A DNA stretch of 64,000 nt. Source: Candidatus Merdivivens pullistercoris (GTDB lineage: Bacteria > Bacteroidota > Bacteroidia > Bacteroidales > UBA932). Below are positions 9,270 to 17,742 of the stretch, one piece after another. The position numbers and the translations under genes are program-made. A model generated the notes under the pieces. The model saw only the letters and a list, made by a program, of their open reading frames with translations, had not been told where the DNA came from and made no database searches. Numbering within the stretch: the stretch's first letter is position 1; the number at the start of each line of letters is the position of its first letter. Location: positions 10,961-74,960 of the forward strand of contig JADIME010000044.1 in NCBI GenBank assembly GCA_017694935.1, in the 5' to 3' direction.

Positions 9270-10034
9270 ATGCAGGATATAAGATACATGATAATCGAGG
9301 ACGAGCATATCCTCGGTAAAAGGCTGGAACGTCTGGTGTCCGAGTTGAGGCCGTCATATACGATGGTCGAAAGGACGGCGGGCGTGGAGGAAACGTGCGA
9401 ACTCCTGCCGGGTCTGGATTTGGATCTGATATTCATGGACATAGAACTTGCGGACGGGAACTGTTTCGAAATCTTCGACTCCATAGATGTGAAGACCCCT
9501 GTCATTTTTACGACGGCATACGATGAATACGCGCTCCAGGCTTTCAGGGTGAACAGCGTGGACTATCTGCTTAAGCCTGTAAACAAGGAAAACCTTCTCC
9601 GTGCCATAGAGAAATTCGAGGCCAATCATCTTGCCGGACATGCCTCGCAGCTCGATTACAAGGCCCTTGCCGAAGAGCTGAGACCCAAGCAGTCCCGGGA
9701 ACGTCTTATAGTATCCCGGGGGAACAGTTTCATGTTCGTGCCTCTGACAGAGGTGGCCTGGTTTTTCTCGGACGGTAAATATTGCGAGCTGTCCACCTTT
9801 TCAGGGAAAAGCTACATCATAGACGATGCTTTGGGCAAATTGGAGGAGGAACTGGACGGAAAACGCTTTTTCCGCGTCTCGCGTTCATGCATACTGAACA
9901 TAGATGCCATAGTGTCGATCGAAAGGCACAGCGCCGGCCGTTTGAAGGTGACGGCAAATCCCGCCCCCGGGCATCCCGTCATAGTAAGCCAGGCGCGGAG
10001 GGAGCATTTCCTGAAATGGCTGGAAGGAGTGTGA
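9270..10034 (+). CDS. LytTR-family response regulator
   Basis: The receiver domain is 'MIIEDEHILGKRL...DLIFMDIELADG' and the C-terminal LytTR domain is 'RFFRVSRSCILNIDAI'. The track ORF starts at 9168; the ATG at 9270 (or 9288) fits the receiver N-terminus. Confidence 0.85.
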   Translation: MQDIRYMIIEDEHILGKRLERLVSELRPSYTMVERTAGVEETCELLPGLDLDLIFMDIELADGNCFEIFDSIDVKTPVIFTTAYDEYALQAFRVNSVDYLLKPVNKENLLRAIEKFEANHLAGHASQLDYKALAEELRPKQSRERLIVSRGNSFMFVPLTEVAWFFSDGKYCELSTFSGKSYIIDDALGKLEEELDGKRFFRVSRSCILNIDAIVSIERHSAGRLKVTANPAPGHPVIVSQARREHFLKWLEGV

Positions 10035-10197
10035 GAAGCTGTCCTGAATTCATTCCCGTTTTTTTCGATTTCGCGACCCGAAAATCAGATTCCGTTTTTT
10101 TACTTCCCCTTTTATCCGGCGTAAATCCCGGTTTTGTCGATATTTGTGTCCGTGACATGGAGCTTCCGTAACGGCTTCATGAAGATTGGGATTAAAA

Positions 10198-11238
10198 ATG
10201 AGGCAAAGGACACACATACATTCTTCGGTGCAGGACTGCCCGCCAAAAGGAAGGCGTTGGCCGTTGATTGCGGTTGCCATTTTGTGTTATGCGATGTTTC
10301 TGCGCATGTGTTATTGCCTGCTGAAAGAAGGGAGCGTTTTCCTGTACGACAACTGGAAAGATGAACTGTTTTACCATGCGGCAAACATTATCCCGATGGC
10401 GGTCATGGCCGCGAGTTGCTTTGCCATAGTCTTTTTCGTAACCGACAGAGGCATACTTGCCCGGAAATTCATGCTGAAATCATTTGTCGATCTCTTGTCC
10501 ACGGCCGCGCTTACCTTTATCGGATATTCCGTACTGGTGATGTTCTATAGGATATTCATGCCCATAAACGTGGATTTCGGCGGAATACTCGTGACATGGA
10601 TAGTCACTTTCCTCGTGGTGGAACTGTTCTATTATATGTACCGTTCCCGCCGTGAACTTAAAAAGGCCGAGTATGCCAAACTCCGTGCGGTCCAGTACCA
10701 GTTCAACGCTTTCCGTTCCAAGGTGAACCCGCATTTCCTCTTCAATTCGCTTAACATGCTGATGGAGATTATCGAGACGGACAAGCGGAAGGCAGTGGAG
10801 TTCACCCAGTCCCTTTCGGACATTTACCGTTACACCCTCGACATTTACGGGAAATCTTCGGTCAGCCTTTCAGACGAGATTTCTTTCCTGCGTTCGTACC
10901 TGCATGTGCTGAGCCTGAAATACAATGATTTTCTGAAAGTGAATATTTCGGAAAACACGTCCCTCAAAGGGAAAAGCATAGTGCCATTTACGATGCAGCT
11001 GCTTCTGGAAAACGTGACAAAACACAATGTCATATCGGACAGGCATCCGGTCTCGGTGGATATAAACATAAATGACGACTGCATAACCATGACGAACGGG
11101 ATAAAAAGGAAAGAAAGCCGTACCGACCTGTCGGGGCTCGGGCTGAAATATATTTATTCGCAATATGAGATAAAGGGCAAGTCATTCATGGTAAAGGATG
11201 ACGGAAAAATTTTCACGGCGATAGTGCCGTATTTATAA
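10198..11238 (+). CDS. Second LytS-type sensor histidine kinase, paralog of 8186-9208
   Basis: Same architecture and motifs ('KVNPHFLFNSLN', 'QLLLENVTKHN', 'GLGLKY'). Aligns end-to-end with the first kinase. The track start at 10186 is TTG; the first ATG is at 10198. Confidence 0.85.
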   Translation: MRQRTHIHSSVQDCPPKGRRWPLIAVAILCYAMFLRMCYCLLKEGSVFLYDNWKDELFYHAANIIPMAVMAASCFAIVFFVTDRGILARKFMLKSFVDLLSTAALTFIGYSVLVMFYRIFMPINVDFGGILVTWIVTFLVVELFYYMYRSRRELKKAEYAKLRAVQYQFNAFRSKVNPHFLFNSLNMLMEIIETDKRKAVEFTQSLSDIYRYTLDIYGKSSVSLSDEISFLRSYLHVLSLKYNDFLKVNISENTSLKGKSIVPFTMQLLLENVTKHNVISDRHPVSVDININDDCITMTNGIKRKESRTDLSGLGLKYIYSQYEIKGKSFMVKDDGKIFTAIVPYL

Positions 11239-11264
11239 TGTAACATTTATTAAAATCAGGTTAT

Positions 11265-13169
11265 ATGAAACGATCTATTTTATTTTTATTGGTAATGCCG
11301 TTGGCTCTGTCCTGTGTGAAGGAGCAGGCCGGTCAGAAAATCCCGGCGGGCGGCGGTATTGTTTTCGATGTCAGTGTCGAGCAGACGAAAGTGTTCACCG
11401 ACATGTCATTGAACACTGTTTTCGAGGAAGGGGACGCCATCGGCGTGTTTGCCGTGCAGCGTCCGGTAATGGCCGAGCAGGCTTATCCTGCAGCGGACGG
11501 CAATTATGCTCAGAACGTCAAGTACGTGCGCGATGCCAGCGGGGCATGGGTGCCTGAAACAGAAGAAGATGTCATTTATTGCCCGCATGACGGGATACTC
11601 GATGTTTATGCTTATTATCCGTATCAGGAAGGGGCCGATCCTACCAATATAGAGTACGATGCTTCGGAAGGCTCTTACGACCTGATGACAGCCCGCGCCG
11701 TGGCCGTTTTCGACACAGACAAACCTGTTTCGCTCGTTTTCGAGCACAAGCTGGCATTGGTGCAGGCCGAGGTGATAGCGTTGGAGTCGTTGCTTTCGGA
11801 AGTCTCCGTAAACATGGTGAATGTCCTTACCGGTGCTTCTTTGGATCTGAGCGCGGAAGAACAGGACGCGGAGCTTGAAGTGGTCGGCAACTCGAAAGGC
11901 GAAGTCGAAATGCCTGTGGATTCCAAGGCTGCAGTGATGCGCTGCTATGTCCCGGCGCAGGAAATACCTTACAATACCATCATGTTCAATGTCACCGACA
12001 AAGAGGGAGAATACGCATACCAGACAGAGGGCGTGACACTTTCGGCGGGTGAAGCCAGGAGCTATTCCATAACGACTTATGGCAATGCTTCTTCCGTCAG
12101 TCCGCTCGAATTGTCCAACTGCTATATCGTTCCTCCTGGAGACGCCATAATGATTTCGGCTGAAAAGGCGTTTGCGGTATGGGCCGACAATGAACTCCTT
12201 GCTTCGCAGGGTGCGGACATGTCGGGAGAACTCTCCGCCGATCTTGTATGGCAGGACGAGCAAGGGCTGATCCCTACCGTGGAAATCATAGACAACGGTT
12301 CCGTAAGAGGCATCAAGGTAGGCACGAATCCCGCTTCGGAGGGAGGCAACGCGGTAGTGGCGCTTTATGTAGACGGCATCATCCGCTGGAGCTGGCATAT
12401 CTGGGTGACGGATTTCAACCCTGATGCAGGCAGCAACCAATCCTCCAACAACGGTTTTGTCATCATGAACAGGAACCTCGGAGCCGTTACTGACGACCGT
12501 GCCGATGTGCGTTCTGTCGGCATGTATTACCAGTTCGGCCGCAAGGATCCGTTTACCGGCGTGGCTTCTTTCGAAGATCTCGGCCTGAGGCCTTGGTACA
12601 ATATACGTAATGTCGAGGTACCGCTGTCACGCTCGTCAAACCAGACGGCGGCAGTGGACAATCTCGTGTATTCCATAAACAACCCGCAGATATTCATTGC
12701 CGGTCAGGATACAGATGTAGGGACTAACGACAATACCCTCGACTGGTGGTCCAACAATACGGAAGAACTCGGCGAGGACCGCTGGATTGCCGAAGACGGG
12801 GGCAAGACCATCTTCGACCCTTGTCCTGAAGGATGGCGCGTGCCTGCATTCACGGATGCCGAGTCTTCCCCATGGTACGGCGCGGAAGCGACTGTCGTGG
12901 AAGAAGGCACCGGAGTCGAATTTTCCGGTCTCGGGTTCTATCCTTTCGGCTCAATGAGGCACTCGAATGACGGACTGATATACTATTTCAGCAAATCTTC
13001 AGCCCATTTCTGGAGCGCGAACCTTATCGTTCCTGAAGACCCGTCCCAGATGCACAGGTATTCATATAATACGGAAATCAGCAATTTTACGGGTTTCAGC
13101 ATTAATCTGGCCGCTACCGGCACTCCGTCGGGAACAGGCTGCAACATCCGTTGCGTGAAGGATTTGTAA
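11265..13169 (+). CDS. Surface lipoprotein: fimbrillin-like N-terminal region + C-type-lectin-like (FISUMP/Fib_succ_major-like) C-terminal domain
   Basis: Lipoprotein signal 'LLVMPLALSC'. C-terminal motifs are 'SWHIWVTDFNP', 'MNRNLGA', 'GMYYQFGRKDPF', 'DPCPEGWRVP', 'IRCVKD'. Domain naming is from memory of the families and was not searched. Confidence 0.6.
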   Translation: MKRSILFLLVMPLALSCVKEQAGQKIPAGGGIVFDVSVEQTKVFTDMSLNTVFEEGDAIGVFAVQRPVMAEQAYPAADGNYAQNVKYVRDASGAWVPETEEDVIYCPHDGILDVYAYYPYQEGADPTNIEYDASEGSYDLMTARAVAVFDTDKPVSLVFEHKLALVQAEVIALESLLSEVSVNMVNVLTGASLDLSAEEQDAELEVVGNSKGEVEMPVDSKAAVMRCYVPAQEIPYNTIMFNVTDKEGEYAYQTEGVTLSAGEARSYSITTYGNASSVSPLELSNCYIVPPGDAIMISAEKAFAVWADNELLASQGADMSGELSADLVWQDEQGLIPTVEIIDNGSVRGIKVGTNPASEGGNAVVALYVDGIIRWSWHIWVTDFNPDAGSNQSSNNGFVIMNRNLGAVTDDRADVRSVGMYYQFGRKDPFTGVASFEDLGLRPWYNIRNVEVPLSRSSNQTAAVDNLVYSINNPQIFIAGQDTDVGTNDNTLDWWSNNTEELGEDRWIAEDGGKTIFDPCPEGWRVPAFTDAESSPWYGAEATVVEEGTGVEFSGLGFYPFGSMRHSNDGLIYYFSKSSAHFWSANLIVPEDPSQMHRYSYNTEISNFTGFSINLAATGTPSGTGCNIRCVKDL

Positions 13170-13228
13170 AATGCGTATACGGCATTTTTGCGGCGGTTAT
13201 CACATTAAGCCAATCATAATGAATTTTA

Positions 13229-15211
13229 ATGAAAACAAGTAAAAACAGAACAATCATGATACGAAAATATATTTTCCCTTTGGCATGTCTGGCGTTGATC
13301 GCCTCATGCGAGAAACCGGAAACGGATAATCCGTCAAGGCCGGTGGAAGACCCCGAAGCGGTAATGGCTGTTTTCTCTGCATGGACGGGCAATCTCCCGA
13401 TGACCATGGAAAACGGCGGCAGCGTGGGACTGTTCATGGTCGGCGAAGACTATTCCCTTTCGGGAGGAGCCATACTGGACGGTGCCGACAATATCCGTTA
13501 CGATTTTGTTTCCGGAACTGAAAATCTTGAGGCCGCATACGGCTCTGAGGCCATATACTTCCCGGTGGACAGCAGCATGGCGCGTTTCGTGGCCTATTAT
13601 CCATACGCTTCTGATCTTTCCGGCTATGTCTATCCTGTGGACCTGACAGCTGGCGATGCTCCTGATTTACGTTATGGCGAAGCTACCGGCTCCGCTGCCA
13701 ATGAAGGCGGCAACGTGGAGCTTTCTTTCCGCCGCGTGATGTCGCAGATCGAATTGCGCATTTCGGCAGGCTCCGGGGTTACCGAAGCTGATCTGGAAAA
13801 CATGACGGTTACCATTACCGGAATGCCTGTCAAGGCAGATTTCTTTTTGTCGGAAGGCATGTTCGCGGGCTATTCGGATGCCACGGCCGAGATAGAAGTG
13901 CCGAAAGGCTCTGATGGCGGATATTTGGCTACTGTGCTGCCTCAGGCCGCAAATGTGTATTCCGGCAGGACCGTTTACATCGATGTGCCTCCGTTCGGGC
14001 GTTTCGAGTGGACTTTCCCGATGGATGCCGAGTTCCCTGAAGGCCGCGCGGTGGCTTATGATGTTACAGTGAACTACAATAGCGTGTCTTTCTCCGATCC
14101 TGAGATCGTGGCCTGGAAGGGCGGCGATGTAGAGAATATTACCGTATATCCTCCGGAATTTTACGAGGAAACACCTAACTGCTATATAGTCGCTCCGGGT
14201 TCTACGGTGCATATACCTGTAATCAAGGCGTATGACATGTGGCGCGATGCTCCGGAACTTCAGGAGTTCGATGCCGACCTTTCAGGCGAATTGACGGCGG
14301 AGGTCGTATGGCAGGATGTGGACGGGCTTGTCTCCGTAAGCCTTGAAAAGGCCGCCTCTCCGGAACAGTCGGCGATGATTGTAAGCACGGACGGCTCCAA
14401 GGGCAGCGGCAATGCCGTGGTAGCGGTCCGTATCGGCGGCGTTATACGCTGGAGCTGGCATATCTGGGTGACCGACTATGATCCGGCGGCACAGAGCGTT
14501 TCGCATTACAACGGGTTCAAGACCATCGAATTCATGGATCGCAACCTCGGCGCGACATCCAATACCCCTGACGATCTTTCGAGCATGGGCATGTATTACC
14601 AATGGGGACGTAAAGACCCGTTCCCTGCACCTAATGTGATTTATTTGGGAACAGGGTTCTTCTATGATATCGAGCAATATGACAGGCCGGTTTACGGTAC
14701 CCCTATCGTGCGCGAACAGAGGGGAGACGGCCAGAACCTTGCCAACGCCATTGCAAACCCTAACGTGTTCTACCTTTCTTTAGTCACTTTTGACTGGTAC
14801 ACATCTTCCGAGGACGGGCGCAATCCGTATCTCTGGAACGATGAATATGACAGGAAGACCCAATGGGATCCGTGTCCTGAAGGATGGAGGGTGCCGAAAG
14901 GAGGTGCCAAAGGTACAGAGGACTTCCCTCTGAATGAGATAGAAGCCTCCCAGTGGACTTGGAAGGAAAGCGGATTCGACCATCCGAATATCGGTTGGTG
15001 GCCGGCAGTAGGATATGCGGCAAACCATGATGAAGTGTTGGTTAATGTGGGCAAAACCGGATACTATTGGATGGCTACCCCAGCCCTTACTTGGGACGGA
15101 TCCGGCTTCTCCGGACAAAGCCAGGTGATAATGTTCGATGGCGGCGCCGTGATAGAGTTCGACTACAACCGTGCCCTCGGAATGTCCGTAAGATGCGTGA
15201 AAGACAATTAA
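13229..15211 (+). CDS. Paralogous surface lipoprotein (fimbrillin-like N-terminus + FISUMP-like C-terminus)
   Basis: Lipobox 'LALIASC'. Same C-terminal motif set as the upstream paralog ('SWHIWVTDYDP', 'MDRNLGA', 'GMYYQWGRKDPF', 'DPCPEGWRVP', 'VRCVKD'). Alternative start at 13256. Confidence 0.6.
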   Translation: MKTSKNRTIMIRKYIFPLACLALIASCEKPETDNPSRPVEDPEAVMAVFSAWTGNLPMTMENGGSVGLFMVGEDYSLSGGAILDGADNIRYDFVSGTENLEAAYGSEAIYFPVDSSMARFVAYYPYASDLSGYVYPVDLTAGDAPDLRYGEATGSAANEGGNVELSFRRVMSQIELRISAGSGVTEADLENMTVTITGMPVKADFFLSEGMFAGYSDATAEIEVPKGSDGGYLATVLPQAANVYSGRTVYIDVPPFGRFEWTFPMDAEFPEGRAVAYDVTVNYNSVSFSDPEIVAWKGGDVENITVYPPEFYEETPNCYIVAPGSTVHIPVIKAYDMWRDAPELQEFDADLSGELTAEVVWQDVDGLVSVSLEKAASPEQSAMIVSTDGSKGSGNAVVAVRIGGVIRWSWHIWVTDYDPAAQSVSHYNGFKTIEFMDRNLGATSNTPDDLSSMGMYYQWGRKDPFPAPNVIYLGTGFFYDIEQYDRPVYGTPIVREQRGDGQNLANAIANPNVFYLSLVTFDWYTSSEDGRNPYLWNDEYDRKTQWDPCPEGWRVPKGGAKGTEDFPLNEIEASQWTWKESGFDHPNIGWWPAVGYAANHDEVLVNVGKTGYYWMATPALTWDGSGFSGQSQVIMFDGGAVIEFDYNRALGMSVRCVKDN

Positions 15212-15258
15212 TTAATCGATTAACGTTTCATTGGATAAATAGATAGAGTAAACTTTGC

Positions 15259-15295
15259 AAAAGAAGGATGTGCCGCATGGCATGTCCTTCTTTTG
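15259..15295 (+). terminator. Rho-independent terminator of the kinase/lipoprotein operon
   Basis: Imperfect hairpin 'aaagaaggatgtgcc gca tggcatgtccttcttt' followed by a T-run. Confidence 0.6.
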
Positions 15296-15310
15296 CGTGT
15301 ATCAAGGCCA

Positions 15311-15426
15311 GTGAAAAACAAAATTTGCTGGAGCAAGCCGACTTAACTCGTAGCTCTGTGATGTGCTGATTTACAAGGTCTTGCATAAATTCGACAATTT
15401 GCAGTTGCTCCGGCAGTTTTCATAAA
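15311..15426. repeat. Single MITE-like unit bounded by the inverted repeat TGCTGGAGCA / TGCTCC(g)GCA
   Basis: 'gtgaaaaacaaaatttgctggagcaagccgacttaac...gacaatttgcagttgctccggcagttttcataaa'. Same family as the units at 23325-23556 and 37264-37487. Confidence 0.75.
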
Positions 15427-15504
15427 TGGCTCCTGTCGTGGCCTGTAATACGAACCGGTCTGCGTGGCGACAACGTACCTGCAGGGCAGGCAGGGAAATC
15501 GGGG

Positions 15505-15527
15505 GGGGTAATTTTGCGGAGAATCAT
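15505..15527 (+). repeat. Solo copy of the arm of the 46240-46409 palindrome; contains TAATTTTG
   Basis: 'ggggtaattttgcggaGaatcat' matches 46389-46411 'ggggtaattttgcggaTaatcat' with one mismatch. Confidence 0.6.
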
Positions 15528-15581
15528 ATTATAATTTATCTCAGGTTTTGCGAAAGCGACAACGTTTTTCAAAAAAATCAT

Positions 15582-15589
15582 TACCTTTG
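15582..15589 (+). promoter_or_regulatory. Candidate -7 box (TAccTTTG) for the DUF4493 operon
   Basis: Matches the Bacteroides TAnnTTTG consensus, 37 nt upstream of the ATG at 15626. Confidence 0.4.
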
Positions 15590-15625
15590 CCCTCTTGACG
15601 AAGTTTAATTTTAACGTATTTTAGA

Positions 15626-16813
15626 ATGAAAAAACTTTTTTATTTGCTTGTCATGGCTGCTTTTGCGGCCGTTTCATGCCAGGAGAAGATTACTGATGGA
15701 GTAAAAGGTACATTGTCATGCACATTAGGATATGACGGCAACGATTATATCGAAATATCCACAAAGGCTACGGATTTCGACCTTTCTTCGATGAGCGTGG
15801 TCATCGAGAATGCGGACGGTGCCGAAGTCGAGTCTTATGCGGATGCGACTGCCATGCCTGCCGAAATAGAACTTGCCCCGGGACAGTACAAGGTAAGGGC
15901 CTATACGTCGGGAGCTTCACAGGCGGCTTTCGACACCCCTTCTTTTTCCGGTGAGAAGGAATTTACCATAACCGAGGGTGAACAGACTTCCGTGGAACTG
16001 ACATGCAGCCTCGACAATGTGAAGGTTTCCGTAAAACTGGACAAGTCTTTTACCGACCAGATCAAGGATTACAGCGTGACCGTTACGGCTACGGAATATG
16101 ACAAGTCGCTGGTTTTCACCCAAGAGTACATAGAAGAAGGCAAGGCTGCCTATTTTGCCGTGTCTCCTTTGCAGGTGAATGTGATAGGAAAGCGTATCGC
16201 CGATGACGAGAGTGTCAATATCACAAGCACCATAGAGGACGTGAACCCTCGCGACCATTTCATATTGAATATCGCAGTCAAGGATGTCCCTGATACCGGC
16301 GGCTCGGGTGCCATAAAGATTTCCGTGGACGGCAGCACCAACGACCGCAATGTGGACATTACAGTGCCGGGCGTGCCGGAAGAACCTGTAGGAGCCGCTC
16401 CCGAGATTGCTTTTTCATGCGATGAGGATGTGACATTCACCAATGCCGAGGCGCAGGATGCGGTTGTCGATATTACCGTAAAGGCCGAGAACGGCATAGA
16501 AAACCTGTTCGTGAAGATTGAGTCTCAAGAGCTTCTTTTTATGCTTTCCATGCTGCCGATGAGCGATGCTGTCAAATCCGGCAATTGGGACATAGCGAAT
16601 ATTACGGATAGCGGTTTGGCGCAATTCTTGGGAGGCCTCGGCCTTTACGATTCCGAAGACCCTGTCAAAGGCAAGACCGAGCATACGTTTTCCATAGGTG
16701 CCTTCATGACTTTGATGCCCGCATCTGAAAACCCTTATCCGTTTGCAATTCGCGTGGTGGATTCGAAAGGGCAGGAAACATCAAAGACCCTGACCGTGCA
16801 TAGGGTAGAATAA
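15626..16813 (+). CDS. DUF4493-like surface lipoprotein
   Basis: Lipobox 'AAFAAVSC'. Ig-like, Ser/Thr/Val-rich beta-repeat composition. Typical partner of PCMD-domain genes. Family assignment is from memory. Confidence 0.5.
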   Translation: MKKLFYLLVMAAFAAVSCQEKITDGVKGTLSCTLGYDGNDYIEISTKATDFDLSSMSVVIENADGAEVESYADATAMPAEIELAPGQYKVRAYTSGASQAAFDTPSFSGEKEFTITEGEQTSVELTCSLDNVKVSVKLDKSFTDQIKDYSVTVTATEYDKSLVFTQEYIEEGKAAYFAVSPLQVNVIGKRIADDESVNITSTIEDVNPRDHFILNIAVKDVPDTGGSGAIKISVDGSTNDRNVDITVPGVPEEPVGAAPEIAFSCDEDVTFTNAEAQDAVVDITVKAENGIENLFVKIESQELLFMLSMLPMSDAVKSGNWDIANITDSGLAQFLGGLGLYDSEDPVKGKTEHTFSIGAFMTLMPASENPYPFAIRVVDSKGQETSKTLTVHRVE

Positions 16814-16831
16814 CTGAAATTTTTGTAAATT

Positions 16832-17725
16832 ATGATTTTCAATAGGAACAGATTTTCCGTAGTGTTCCGTCTGTCGCTGCTTGTCGCGCTTCTTTCCGGC
16901 GTTCCGGACGTGGCCTTTGCTTCGGCTCCGGAGATAAACGGTTCTTGTCCGCAGGCGGATCTGGAAAAACGTATCGACAGGAGTGACGAGGAAGCACAGG
17001 ACGGGACGGCTTCGGAGTATTCGGGATTCGACCGTGGTTTGGGACGCAACAAATCCTTTGTGTTCGTGCCCAAGGGTACAGTGATGGCCGGATTGTCCGT
17101 GTCGTATGCCAATTATGATTTCAACAATTATAAGTTTCTTATGATTGACGGCCTTACTTTGTCCGGGACGACTTTCGGAATTGCGCCGCACGTATCGTAT
17201 TTTGTCCGTGACAACCTTTCCGTAGGTGCGCGTTTCGATTATGATACTTACAATCTCGGCATGGGAGGGGCTTCGATAGATTTGTCCGACGATCTCGGGT
17301 TCGACATATCCGATTTTACCATGATAAACCGGAGTTATACCGCTTCCATAACGATGAGGAACTATTTTCCGATAGGGGTCAGCAAGAGGTTCGGCTTTTT
17401 TACCGAAGTAAGGCTGTCTGGCGGTTACGGCCAATCCAAGAATTACAAACAGGTCGCGGAGGACAAATACGGCACTTATCAGGAAATGGCCCAGCTGGGA
17501 CTCGGACTGACACCGGGAGTGGTGTTTTTCGTTACGAATGAAACCGCCCTTGAAGTGTCGGTAGGAGTTCTCGGATTCGACTACAAGCGCGTGACCCAAT
17601 ATACAAACCAGGTGTACGAAGGCACGTACGAAAAGAGCGGGGCGAATTTCAAGATCAATATCCTGAATATCAATTTCGGTCTGACGTTTTACATTCCTAC
17701 GGCAGTGAGCCGTGGACGTAAATAA
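16832..17725 (+). CDS. Outer-membrane beta-barrel protein (uncharacterised)
   Basis: Signal peptide 'LLVALLSGVPDVAFA' and alternating hydrophobic beta-strand pattern with Gly/Tyr/Phe-rich strands. Confidence 0.55.
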   Translation: MIFNRNRFSVVFRLSLLVALLSGVPDVAFASAPEINGSCPQADLEKRIDRSDEEAQDGTASEYSGFDRGLGRNKSFVFVPKGTVMAGLSVSYANYDFNNYKFLMIDGLTLSGTTFGIAPHVSYFVRDNLSVGARFDYDTYNLGMGGASIDLSDDLGFDISDFTMINRSYTASITMRNYFPIGVSKRFGFFTEVRLSGGYGQSKNYKQVAEDKYGTYQEMAQLGLGLTPGVVFFVTNETALEVSVGVLGFDYKRVTQYTNQVYEGTYEKSGANFKINILNINFGLTFYIPTAVSRGRK

Positions 17726-17742
17726 TGGAGGGATAACAGGTT

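Noticed and set aside
15311-15426. Small peptide on the minus strand of the MITE-like units (MKTAGATANCRIYARPCKSAHH.. / MKIPGATANCLIYTKPCKSTRH..).
   Set aside because: The third copy (37386-37487) has an in-frame stop after 10 codons (MKTAGAAVNC*), so the reading frame is not conserved.
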